The notes below the pieces were generated by a model. The model did no database searches and had not been told where the DNA came from. It was given only the letters and a program-made list of their open reading frames with translations. 64,000 bases of DNA from Bispira polyomma (lineage: Eukaryota), in the NCBI GenBank assembly GCA_965649765.1, contig OZ287752.1:56668001-56732000 (forward strand). The letters run 5' to 3'. Made by a program: the position numbers and the translations under genes. Shown piece after piece: positions 28,301 through 40,656 of this stretch (positions are counted from its first letter, which is position 1; each line of letters starts with the position of its first letter).

Positions 28301-31300
28301 CACCTGTGACAATGCGACTAAAATTGTAAAAAGAGCTTGTTAAATATTCTTTGAAACATGTGATAATTCATGCATGTATTTATGGCCAAGACCCAAGCCG
28401 AGCCCAGCAAAGTTTAACTAACACGCTTGTCAGGAGTCATGAAGAAATAGACCTATTAAGAGTTCACAAGAGTTTGTCAGAGCTAAGTAGGACATACGCA
28501 TAGTTTATCAATAGCTGTCTTGAGTCAGCCAAGACATCCTTGAGTTTTTTCTGAAAATAAACAACAGTGTCCAGACTCTGTGGACAGGAAGGCAGTTCCA
28601 AATTGTGGTCGCAAACATTTATCCCCATATCTATTGTATGTCCTATGAACATCAAGCTGGAGTATATCGAAGGAATAAAGTGCTGAATTTGTTCTTCTGT
28701 ATTGAGGGAGACAATCAAACAGATAGGAGAGAAAGGTCCCTCTGGTGGTAATGTACATCAAAACCAAGACTTTAAATACTATTCTTTTCCAAATGGGAAG
28801 CCAGTGAAGCTGGTGTAGAATGGCATTGATATTTGAGTCCCGTGGTGCATTATAAGCAATCCTTGCAGCTGCATGCTGAATATTTTGAAGCTTTCACAGA
28901 AGATCCTTGCTAATTCCATGTAGTAGGCTATTGCAATAGTCTCAACGTGATGTGATATAGGCAAAAATGAGAGACTTCACTGTGAGGAATCTTCTGATTT
29001 TGGCAATGATTCTAAGGTAAAAAACACTGAAGCTTGAGGACACTTTTTGATGAACAAATTTTTTCATTGTCATACATGAATCAAATATTGCACCAAGATT
29101 TCTAGCGTGTGTTTTACTGTCAGTGGGAATATTGGCAACTGTTACTGAAATAGAGGAATGTTTCTGAAAAAAAATTTGGAGAAGCGAATAACAGTACTTC
29201 AGTTTTATTGTCATTGAAATTCATTGAAATTCATGAATAGCTGAGTGTCATCTGCATAACAGGTGTGGTCAATACCATGGCGAGTCCCAATTTCACCGAT
29301 AGGGGCAGTAAACATTCTCAAAAGGATCGGGCCAAAAACCGAACCCCGAGACACACCAAAATGTAGTTGGATACTTGAAGACAGTTTTCCAGACACAATT
29401 ACCCATTGTGGACGTCCTTGTATGACTTAAACCACTCCAAGGCATTTCCAGTTATTCCAAAACGAGACTTCATTTGATCGAAGAAGTTGCTATGATCAAT
29501 AATGTCAAAAGCAGCACTGAGGTCTACAAGAACAAGTGCCGCCATTTGTTTGTTATAGAGAATGTTTAGTATTTCACTCTAAACTTTGACGATGGCTGTT
29601 TCTGTGGAGTGGTATCGACGGTAAGCTGGCTGCATTATTGCATTTAGATTGTACGAAGCTAAGGGATACTCTAGGCATTTAGCAACAAATTTCTCAATGA
29701 TTTTGGAAACAAAGTTCAAATTAGACACAGGACGGCAGTTCTTCATGTTTTCAGGATCCAAAGAAATCTTTTAATAAGGGTTAATATAACTGCTCTCTTC
29801 ATCTTGTCAGGCACACAGGCTTGTTTCAGGGATAGAGTTACAACATCCGTGATTGGTTGTAGTACAACATCCAAGCAGGACTTCAATAGAAATGTTGGTA
29901 TAGGGTCTAAGATGGAAGGCGCATTTGAAGATGCCATGATGAGTTCGCAAATTTCCTCTGTGGTGGCAGGGGCAAAATCAGTCAAGTGTCCAGAACTATT
30001 CTCGCCGCCCAACTCACACAACAAGTCAGCTGTAGTAAGTGTGTGTATATCCAAATTCAGTGTATTTCTAATTTTGATTATTTTGTCCTCAAAGAAGGTG
30101 TTAAAATCACTAGGTAATTTAGTGGGCTCCATACTTGAGGACAAAACTAGGTCGAAGCTCCAATTGAAGATTCTCTTGGAAACACTAAAAAATTTACTTT
30201 TGTCATTTGCTGTGGTCAAAACTTGAGATCAGAAAAACATTTTTGCATCTTTCTTCTTTCATTAGATAGTTTAAAAATTAAAATTGCTTTTTAAAGCGAT
30301 CATAGTCAGAACGCAAGCCAGATTTTTTCCAGGCTCTTTTATATCTGCGTCTGTTAACACAGAATCTCGGCTTTATGTGTAAAGCTAGGATATAGACAAT
30401 GGTTTGACAAAATGTAAATGAAGCATAAAAATGGGGTTAACCAATTTACACCAAACCCATTTAACTTAACGAAAATGTGTCAAAAGTATTAGTAACATTT
30501 GGAAACTATTAGCATATGTAAAAAAACATTTACCACATTTACTGGGAATTAGTAATAGGTACCAAAACATATGCTTGCCTCTTTATATGTAAACCTTTTT
30601 GAAGATATTTTCCAGATTGTATATAAAGTATAGATTTTAGTATGCCTCATAATAATGGTGCTGTTCCACTATCAAGACTATAATCGGGAGGGGCACTGAT
30701 TATATGATCCTGGCCATATTAAACATTTGGGAAAATTTGCATATAAAGAATAAAAAAATAAAAAGATATGTCTGGAGGGCCCAAAAGATATGTATTTTCT
30801 AAGGAAAGGAAAAGATAAGTCTTAACTGAAAAAATAGGTCTTAACCCCCCCCCCCCCCCCACACACACACACACACAATCTCATAAAGATAAGTCTGCCA
30901 GCTTTGCTAGAAGATCGGGGCAATTATCAAGCCAATTAACCCAATCATAACCCACTAATGACTTATCATTCCCTAATCTTTATGTAGACCTATCTTTTCA
31001 ATCTCTCTCTAAATTGTTTAAAAATTGATCTCGAAAATATCTTTCCATCACAAAGAAAGGGTGGGGGCCATTACGAATTATCATTTCACCTCGCCAAGTT
31101 ATCATGCTATTTGTCAAAGATGGATCCTTTGTTTGTCCCCACCAACTGAAAAAATAACTTGTGGAAACAAAGGATAAGTCGGTTGCAAAGCCCTGATCGA
31201 AAAGATAGGCGAGCTAAACAAACGGTAAATCGCTGGCTCCAGCTGAATAAAAAATAACTTGGGGGTGAACAAAAGATAGGTCGAGGAGTGAATTAAGAGA

Positions 31301-34300
31301 TTAGGGTGTCAAAAGAAACTCTGGCACGAAAAGTTATTGGTCGGCGTGCATTTTGGGAGGCGGCCTGAGGGTATATAAGGGCGGCTGTGACAGTGATCTA
31401 CATTCATTCAGCTACAGCATCTTAAAGACTTTACAACTATAAACAATTCTACAGACAACAGAGATTATTATTGAGGTTATGAAGTTAGAAAAATAGGAAA
31501 GATCCAAAATACAAAGACACCCAGGCAAAAGACATGTTGTGGCGGGAGTTCTGCTTGGGAAAGCGATTGGACATGGAAGAAGTGAAGAATTGGTTTCAAT
31601 CACAAAGGACTAGCTATGGCAAGCTGAGTATCAGGAAGTCCAGCCAGGCAACACCTGAGTTGGCAGAGAAGCAGCACTGGGTCAAGAACACCTTTGACTT
31701 TTTAAAACCTCACATCATATGACATGTCTCGAGAACATCTGGCTTCAGACCCGTCGCATTCACCTCTTTGTCCGTGGCTCCAGAAGAATCACCAACTCCC
31801 ATGTGGGGTCCCAGTCAGAAAGAGATTAGGGCACTAAAACAGAGATGGAGTGTTCCTTGCTGGAGTACTTTAAAGCGGTCTTCAGTCTGTGCCAGATCAA
31901 CTCTGAACCGTAAGGTGGCACTATTTACTGAGCTGAGGAACACGCTGGCCATGATGCAGGACACCATCTCAGGCTTCTTCAGGGATGCCATTAAGCCCAA
32001 GACTGAGGGACCCAGGGAGGCATTTCTCAACTGGTTGACATTGGAAGAAGAGAAAATGCCAGATGAACATACTGACATACTGAATGCCTCGACAGCATCA
32101 TCTCTCTTCAGAGGTTTTGAGTCAGTGACTCACAGTCTCAGCTAACAGAACATAGATAATATTGAGCTGTTCACACCTCTCAATCCAGATGCATAACAAA
32201 CGGATTCCACCCTGAACACTCTAACCAAAGTCGTCTAAAGTACTTAGCCACAAGCCAGCAGCATCACTACAACCACCGAGATGTAGACATCGGCCTGTCC
32301 TCGTCTTCCTCCTCCTTCATTAGTCCCACTGGGGACACAAAAAGGCCCTTTTCAGGGACACCCAAAACATCCAAAAACTGTTTGACCTGTTGTTAAAAAA
32401 ACTCATAAAACCACCTCATGACAAGAAGCATACTGACCTGGTAGACTTTTTTCTCCTTCAGTTCGGATCTGTTAAAAATATAGGCATCCAAGTACGACCC
32501 CTTTCAACCTATGCCCCACACAGAAAACAGTAATCCCCATCTACCGGGGTAAGCATAATGATTGTGTGGTATCCCTTGTAGTGGTACCCTGCTCCAACTT
32601 TTCCTCGGGCATCTCATAGCAATGTATTTGCCGTCTATGGCCCCCAGGGCATTAGCAACATTCCACGTCTTCAGGAATGCAGACTCAACCTTCTTGTAGT
32701 CGTCGGGGCTGGTGGGGCATTTGAGGAATTCTTCCTGGTACTTGATGAAGGCCTGGCAAACTTCTGACACAAACTTTGTTATGGTTGACATGCCCACTAT
32801 GAACGAGTACTGCAGCAATGTGTTGGACTCCCCAGTAGCCAAATGCCTTAAAGTGATGACTATCTTGAGTCCAGGGGCTAGTGCCTTCCTCTACCAGGTG
32901 GTGTGTCCTGTATCCTGTTCCCCACCCACCGCTCCATCTCCTGGAATACATCAGGTGGCATCCTGAGCCCGTTAAGGTCGAGAGGTATGATCGGCATAGT
33001 GGAACAGGGGTATAAGCAAGGGACGTCCTAGCTCTGTTTTAAGTAATAATGATAATACTAACAATAACACTAACATTAATCGCAAGAAAAAGAATATTAA
33101 ATTTGGAAACATAATGCTTTTCTAATTTTGCAACAAGACAAATTAAAGATCGCATGTTAATTATCTGAGGTTGTCTACTATTTCATTTCAAACTAAATTG
33201 AACCGTCCCAAATACTATGCCATTAGTTACATTATCTCTTGCATTTACTTTAACTTGGGTAAACTTTGTGGTCACCTTAGCTCTGTCAGCAGATTAATTG
33301 AGCCATAGGTGTTTTTTTTGGTGTGATCTTATTTTGCTACAAGACTTTTGTTGAGATCACCATTGTGTATGTAAAACAAAAAAAAAAAAGAGCATAACCT
33401 TAAGTTACCTCGAGACAAGAAATTTAGACCTGTAAAAACCTTTTTTAGTAATCTGAGGTCTATACTATTTACATATGTATTTAATATAGATACATGTAAT
33501 AAAAAATATCCTGTATATTATGTTATTACCGAGGTATTTTGGACTTGTGTTTCGTAGTGATTATTAAACATTTAATTTGAATTTAGTTGTTGTTTCAACA
33601 GTTTCGGTCATATGATGATAGCCATATTTTATGGTGAAAGAAACCAGTGCTCAAGCATAGTAAACCACTGGCCTAAGGCAAGAACCTGACAAAATTTCCC
33701 TTCTAAAGGAACAAATGGAATTCGAACCCACATTGTAGCGAGGCTATTGATTGTAGAGCAAACCCTTCTAACCACTAAGCAAACCATGGCCTCTGAGAGC
33801 TTTAAAAAAATAATAACACTGTTTCACCTTTGTGCTGTATGCGTATTTGAGATAGAATTGAAGAAAGTCCATCTAATAAGTCACAATAACTTATTTGCTG
33901 TGAGGAACAAGAACCAGACAAGGAGCCTGTAATTCTACTTCACCTTGGAATGCTTTATGTCGATGAGTATCTGAAAACTAGAACAGATTTGACACCAAAA
34001 TAGAACTTCACTGACAAACTCCTAGTATTTGCCCAATAATTTGACAAGGCTATCACAAATACGGTGGTATTTCCTTTTTATGCGTTTTGACTTAAAATGA
34101 CGAATCTTTCTGATTGGAATATGTCTTCAACTTCAACCCTCTATGCTGAACAGAGATACACATGATAAATATGAATTATATTATAAAAACACTTAAAACA
34201 TTAGATCTTATTTTATTTTCTGTTAATAAAATATCACCCAACTCAAACTACCTAGCTGCATCAACAGCCAAAACCTTATTAACTTACATGGCATCATTTT

Positions 34301-37300
34301 GAACCACTGTAGAAAATACAGGAGAAAAAAATATCATTTAAAATAGAAAACTGGCTCAATAGAGTGAATATAGAGATTGCTTATACCACAAAAGAAAATT
34401 AACATCGTCAGTAAATATATGAAATTATCAGCATACTGTGTTGTCTGTATCAATTGTTAGGTCTTGTTTGTTACATGCAGAAGTAAAAAAAAAAAAAAAA
34501 AAATTTTAAGTTTTAATCAGGTAGTTGAAATATATACACAGTTATATGAATACGATACTAACAGTGTGATGTATTTATGTCTCAGGAAACACCAAAAACA
34601 GGATAGTTATTGTTTGGTTTATCTATATAAATAGATAAAGACATATATTTAATTCAAAATAATTCATAATGGTGGTTCGATATTGTAAGATGACGATGCG
34701 AGGTTTGCTACTTTGGCCTCCCCTGGTAGTCAGTGAAATTAAATACTGTGAAAAAAGGGTGAATATACTGATTTCTTTTTTAAAACCCAACAAGGATTTG
34801 GGGATATTATTATGTTTCTCTCTGGGTTATTTTAAGACTGATATTTCCTTCTAAATTTTGAGGATATTATTAAGATAATTGCACCTTGTGTCCTCGTTGC
34901 CTAACACCACCACAAAAAGGTGTGAGCTTCTCATCCTTCCCCTAATCAAACAACTTAATTAGGCTTTGATTTAACTAAAAATAAATGCTGCAGATTTTCT
35001 CACAGTGTAAATAAAAAGCACTTTTTAGTTAATATATAGATAAACACCAAGTGGTACTACATTATATAACCTTAATGGTGTACGAGGGCCTTTAGGCCGG
35101 AGTACCTATTAAGCTTACATAATGTAAGTGCCATAAGGTGTTTATCGATTATAAAACCCAAATAAAATAACATTTTTAATAAAGTGTAAAAAAAAACAAT
35201 TAAATTAAGAATACTTTTTTAAATATTTACTTTATTAAATGGTAGTAATAACGCTACCACTACATTATTTTCTACCACTACATTATTAGAAAATAATGTA
35301 GTGACACTTCAATAGCAATGCATACTGCTTGGGTTTTATTCCCTGGTAGCTCATAGTCTGGTGCTTTTTCACTTAATTTTGCATTTATTAATTTGAAAAA
35401 ATGAAATAAATTATAATCAAAATTTAAAACAAATTCTTATTTGAGTAGCTATAATGTATCAGTGTACATTCACCCACCTCCCTCTCTGTATTTATAAACT
35501 TCAGGAACCCCTAGCAGACCTGCCCTTTGAGAAACAACTGCTGAACATCTATGCATCACTCCGCCGGGTGGAGCTGTTTACCGGACACATCCGGACCCTC
35601 GTGCTCTCAACTACCAATCACGAATCGGCCCAAAATGTCATCCTCACAATGCTCACTCAACTAGGGCAGGGTGAGTTCTGTGTCCCCCTTTGTGTGTGTA
35701 TGTCAAAGGTCCTCATAAGCTCAATCTCACAACTATCTCCCAAGTCTCTTCTGGGATCATATTCACTAACATCTTTAAACTTAGAAAATTTTCTTATCTT
35801 AGAATAAGAATTTTTTTAGTAAGAATTATGAATAGAAATGTATGCACACATGTTTTAGGATAATCATGTGACCACTGTTTCCTATACTCTCATCCCTAAA
35901 TATGGAGAATGATATTTTAGTCAATATAAAAATTCTTATTTTTCGAATTTTAAGAGTAGGAATATTAGTGAAATAGTTCCCATATCTTCTTGGGGAAGTT
36001 GACACAAATATCCAACACAGCTTTAGAAACTTAAATTTCTCATTAAAATTAATATTTATCAAATGCATAATAAGAATGCCATGTCTTTTTCTTAAGTTAA
36101 GTAAAGTCTTGACCATTCTTAGAATTAAAGATCATTTTTAAACAAAAATTCTAAGAATAAGTAAATATTCTAAGAATAAGAATTTAGTGAATGTCAATAT
36201 TTATATACTTAGAATTATTCTTAGAAATCCTGGGTTTTCTAAGAATAATTCTGAGTATAAGAACAATTCTAAGAATAATAATGTGAGTGAATAAGGATTC
36301 TGGTGTAACTTTGTGTACAAAGAAAGGTATCTACAATCTGACCGCATATTTGAGGTTCTCTGGTGAAAACTCTATATTAAAAGAAATAATCACATGACAT
36401 GGTTATTACCAATAACGAGGATATCATATTTAACCATCTGCTTTCAGCCCCAATCTAAACATATATTTCATTAATAGAAGCTTTTATCAAATGATAAAAT
36501 AATGATGTCCATATAATATTACCTATAATACTGAATTTACAATATTGTTTGTGCAAACCAGGGGCCGTATTCACGAAGGGACTAGGTCAGGTCTCAGGCT
36601 TAAATCAGTATACGTTTGTGCTAGATTTAAGCCTAAGACCTGGCTAAGTCTTTTCTTGATTAAGGCCCCAGGAATCCTGCTTCAACAAGTGTTGAACATA
36701 ATGCCCATATTTGGCATAGTGCATAAAAATGCAATCAGTGTATCAATGAAGAGTTCACACTGTCACTTGGCCATAAATAGATCATAGTTTGATTGCTGGG
36801 TTTAGCCCAATGACAGAAGGAAAAAATGATATATTAATTATTTCTATACATATCATGGGCATAATATTTGGTGAAATAAGAAACAAATGCCATACCTATT
36901 AGTTAAGCCACTAACATTAAAAATGTGTTGGAAACTGGTTGAGTTATAAAGGTTCAGAGTCCAAAATATGCCCCTAAATTAGGATCGTTATTTGATACAT
37001 GCTTCTATCTAAGTGATTATAATCGTAAAATATTTTTATTATAACACCATTAATAAAATGTGAAATATTCTGATCACAAGACCAGATGCCAGTCACAGAG
37101 TGGTTGCGATCTCCTACAATTTTCCAACGATAGTAAGTTGTTAAAGGTTTTCATGATTCTTAAAAGAATTGGCTGAGAAGTTTTCCTTGTTACGTGACTG
37201 CTACCTAGGATTGGTATTTGGTCTCATACACTCTCTGGTAATCTCATATTTTTTATACTTGCCTGCCCAAGTACAGCCAAGCATTACTAGTAGCCATTCC

Positions 37301-37958
37301 AGTGACAGAGGACCTGCTATTTTCAGTGGTCATCCCTGCCACTATGTATCAGCCTGCACCTTCTTGCCACAGGCTGGGTTCAACCCAGCTCTCTGCATTC
37401 CTGGGCCAGCAAGTTATCCTCTGGGCCACATGGGCATATATGTATTACATTGTGTTTTGCATTTTTAACGCGTCGTTTCTTTCAAAGCGCAACAACAGAA
37501 TCAAAATAAAAATGTGCTCTAAAAGACAAAAAAAAAAAGCCAGATTCTAAGGAAGGATGTGGGGGTTAACAGGGAAGGAACAAAGGGGTGTAAGCCATTT
37601 AGCCAAAAGATAGGTTATAAGTTTTAACGCCATTGATCGCCATGTCACTTGGGCAGTTCTATTATTATTTCAAAATGTCAGGTAGGTAAAATTATATATT
37701 TTTTTATATATCAGTATAACATTTCAACCCTTTTTAGGTAATGGATCCGGTGGCGGAATCTTCCCCATTATGTGTAACATCTACAACAAGATCCGTGTGG
37801 TTGAGCCAGTGGTTGAGATCTCCCAACTGATCCCACAAAGCCTCCAGGACAGCAATCAGCTGGCGGACATCCAGGATGATTTCTACCACATCCTTGTCAA
37901 CACCCAAAGAGTGCTGAATAAGCTGACTGGAGACATGCAGCAAATCTCCAGTGTATAG
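20918..37958 (+). CDS. Gene B: secreted 233-aa predicted four-helix (long-chain class-I cytokine-like) protein, 5 coding exons
   Basis: Exons 20918-20930, 25920-26146, 28154-28228, 35505-35670, 37738-37958 join in frame (702 nt incl. stop), phases 1,0,0,1. Protein: MMVMG/YTQVFTKLCPWLLTLLLSSTSLS-SPVHFNPCHDHHVSSETQPSHRSSWRGQDAFMTKVLMDLTKTTEVTQQIKQQ/LEDDFENLDHIEYLKERGEIDALLA/EPLADLPFEKQLLNIYASLRRVELFTGHIRTLVLSTTNHESAQNVILTMLTQLGQ/GNGSGGGIFPIMCNIYNKIRVVEPVVEISQLIPQSLQDSNQLADIQDDFYHILVNTQRVLNKLTGDMQQISSV*. Exon 1 is the least certain. Confidence 0.78.
22814..23099. repeat. About 100-bp near-perfect inverted repeat around a (TA)n microsatellite, followed by a second (TA)n
   Basis: 22814-22916 is the reverse complement of 22964-23067, with one mismatch seen. 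Confidence 0.95.
23240..23660 (+). mobile_element. L2/CR1 LINE fragment
   Basis: Broken frames with 'RPVSNLTYVSKLIEKAVAKH'. Confidence 0.7.
25920..26146 (+). CDS. Gene B exon 2 (signal peptide + putative helix A)
   Basis: Polypyrimidine tract tctttctctatttctag, CAG|gtgagg donor, GC-richer open frame with hydrophobic PWLLTLLLSS. Confidence 0.82.
26249..26393. mobile_element. Short MITE
   Basis: Terminal inverted repeats gctgtgcctgata ... tatcaggcacagc; related internal sequence at about 41135-41340. Confidence 0.6.
27075..27372 (-). mobile_element. tRNA-derived SINE (second family)
   Basis: Minus strand begins ctgTGGCCTAGTGGttaggg...ggattctattcccggt; body-related fragments at about 6055-6130, 7115-7260, 8685-8765 and 37265-37340. 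Confidence 0.65.
28154..28228 (+). CDS. Gene B exon 3 (putative AB loop)
   Basis: Strong acceptor ttttgtttttgtcag, donor GCG|gtgagt, 75 nt open, phase 0-0. Confidence 0.78.
28470..30360 (-). mobile_element. Degenerate L2-clade LINE ORF2 in intron 3 of gene B
   Basis: 'LDPIPTFLLKSC', 'KNCRPVSNLNFVSKIIEK', 'HSTETAIVKV', 'GVSRGSVFGPIL', 'CYADDTQL', 'ARNLGAIFDS'; multiple frameshifts. Confidence 0.92.
30700..33030. mobile_element. Decayed PIF/Harbinger DNA transposon (MADF/Myb-like ORF on +, DDE transposase on -)
   Basis: + strand 31534-31722 'EEVKNWFQSQRTSYGKLS..KSSQA..EKQHWVKNTFDFLKPHI' is MADF-like. - strand 32504-32860 'LATG..LQYSFIVGMSTITKFVSEVCQA', 'ALGAIDGKYIAMRCP' is HARBI1-like. Subterminal AAAGATA(A/G)G repeats at 30760-31280; ends approximate. 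Confidence 0.85.
33580..33792 (-). mobile_element. tRNA-derived SINE remnant
   Basis: Minus strand has an A-box-like ttagtggttagaag and B box GGGTTCGAATTCC. Confidence 0.55.
35505..35670 (+). CDS. Gene B exon 4 (putative helix B, start of helix C)
   Basis: aaacttcag acceptor, CAGG|gtgagt donor, GC-rich codon usage. Confidence 0.85.
35752..36302. mobile_element. AT-rich MITE-like element with TTCT(T/A)AGAA repeats in intron 4 of gene B
   Basis: Imperfect inverted ends (ggatcatattcact ... agtgaataaggatt) and repeated ttctaagaa/ttcttagaa units. Confidence 0.5.
37738..37958 (+). CDS. Gene B terminal exon (putative helix C end, CD loop, helix D)
   Basis: ccctttttag acceptor; phase 1 matches exon 4; ends at TAG. 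Confidence 0.85.
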
Positions 37959-40656
37959 AGCCAGCTACTACACTAGTCATACTACACTATTGTCTAATAA
38001 TCTGCCACTAGATAGCAAACCTCCAATGTATACAGCTAGGATTATGTACAGTGGTGATGTTACATCATTGTGTTATGGATCTTTTTTTTTGTTCCAAATT
38101 TATGACAGCACACTGCACATGTCTGCTATGAATTCAGGGGAAAGTCTACCCCTTTGTCACTTCCTTCAGTACAAACAATGAATGATAATATTTTAATACT
38201 CTTATGTCTTTTTTAACATTCAGGTGTCAAATTTTAAAGACACCTTTCAGCTGTCCATAGAATAATTATCTATTAAAATATTTAAGTTTTGTATGTTGAA
38301 AAGACAGGCGTTAAGATGAATTGTAGTACAAAGTGCCTATTGTATACTAAATAAGGGAGAGACCTTTACCCATAATGCATTGCCCATAACGCTAGCAGAT
38401 AGTCAGCTTTATAGTCGTATAATGATAACATTTTACAAAACTAGTTATATAATAGTGATACAACAAAGTTATGAAATTATGCTGTAAGTTAGTAAGAAAT
38501 GACAGTCAATCATGTGTATGTAATACGTTAACTCTTTTCACCTAAAGACACTTGATAAATAAATGCAGTATACATTATTGAATATTGAGCAAAGTCTGTA
38601 ATTAATATGCTACCCCAATCTGAATTGTTATATATTCTATGATACTGTTAAACATATGGGTATAAATAGCAGATTGCATCTAGTTATTGGAAAATAGAAA
38701 TCATTTTTGGAGGAATAAACTTACAAAAAGTCATAGCATTGATCGGTTCTACCTAAACTGTTAGAGCTTCTTAATGTATGAATTAATAAATAAATATGTA
38801 TACCAGTTACATATGGGTGATATCATCAGCATACTTAATTCTATACCAATTGCATCAGTCTAGATCTAGTGTAGAACTTGTATTAGAAGCTAAGCTTTTA
38901 GGGCCCGTAATGTATCAGTGGACATCTTTACTAATGGCTAGAAAATATTAATTGTAAATAATAATGTTATAGTGTGCATTAACTTTTTTTGTTAGCCAAA
39001 CATAATCAATAGTGAAACATTATTTTTCAGTGAATTTCTCTAGAATAGTAAAGTAGTACAAAGAATAATTCTAACTAACATGTCCACTTGCAATGTTTTT
39101 TAGAAGTATAGATTTAGTGATTTAGTGATTAGTAGGTTTGGTTATTTCTGAGGCGGGGGTAATTTTATACTTAGTACAGATACATCAACATTGATAGTTT
39201 AGGTAGCATATATATACATATTAGTTTAATATTGAGATTTTATTCTCTATAAGACAATATTCAGAACTGTCATTCAAGCACAAATCTTTACTCTGTTCAA
39301 ATATATCATGTCTAAATAGTAGAGTAGTGAAACTTATCAAACTAGTAAAGTACTGTAAGTTATCTAAATAGGCAAGTAGTGAACCGTTTCTTCTAACTAA
39401 AATGTCCACATATAGGGTATTCTAGAAGTATCCATATAGGTTTGCACATACCATGGTAGTTGGTGACTGTAGCGGTTTAAAAGTGATATCAAAGGAAGGG
39501 ATAACTTTATACTTAGTATAGATACAAGAACATAGATAGTAAAGGTAGCATAGATACATATTAGTTTTGATATTGAGTTTTTTATTTTGGAAATGGTCAA
39601 TAATCAATACTGTCACTCAAGCTCAAAGATTCATCAAATCAGATTTCATATTTGCATTCACAGTTGAAAGGTCTACTAAAATGAATGGTGACAAATTGTA
39701 TGTTATTTCCATGGGCAGATATTTCTCAATAGTGGAGTATGTGCATAACATTGTGCTTTTTTTCGAAAATATGGTCCTAGTCATTGTTTTAGAAAGAACA
39801 TTCATATTACGTCATTTCTGTGAAAATATAATTTTATCTTAAATTTGTTACAAATTTGCAATTATTTCTTTATTGTACCTCAAATATTTTTCTAGTTAGC
39901 AATTATATTTAACATTAGTCTTGTCTAGCCTAACATCTACTCTGTAACTGTAACATTCCAAATAAAATACAATCATTGAATTGACTCTGTCAATCAAATA
40001 AATCCTATTAAAGGTGTTTTTTGTTTGTTGTTTCCTTCTGACGCCCAAACTTTCCCACACCTCCGCCAAATCCAGATATACAGATTTGTTGGTACTTATA
40101 AAAATCAACATGGGTGTTCACACTGCAACGAATCAGCATATCAATCGAGAAATTCTGTAGGGATCCAAAATTACATTATTTTTTTAAAAAAATAATGAAA
40201 GATAAACATAGCCCACGTGCTTTATGTACATTCGGGACACAATTGTACATGTTTCTGACGAAGACTTTAGCTGTGTATGTACATTTATTGACAATGTATA
40301 ACATTCGGCTTGGTATATATTTTTCTATATACCTTGATAATTCCAGATTCGATGCAGTATGAATCAACCATTAGTGTAAGAAGGCATACTTATTTAATAT
40401 AAAAGGAAGCAGGCGGCTGATTTAGTAGTCACTTATATAGGCAATAAATGAGTAGTCCATTTTCTTCTTACATCAAAGAGTAGACCTAGCCAAAATCGAA
40501 GCCATCTGTCAACGTGAAAACATATACTATGTAGACGTAATTGTCTGATGTCATCATTCGGACCTGTGTCAACCCTAAGTTCCGAGACATTCATTTGTTT
40601 CCTCCTTACTTTTTTTATCTTTAAATGAATTGAAAATAAAACAAGCAATTGTCTTA

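Noticed and set aside
29743-30226. 158-aa and 140-aa ORFs
   Set aside because: Fragment of decayed LINE ORF2 and its antisense frame.
39100-39600. Short diverged direct duplication (also 9050-9290, 26590-26685, 5535-5578)
   Set aside because: Ordinary local duplications with no coding or structural signal visible.
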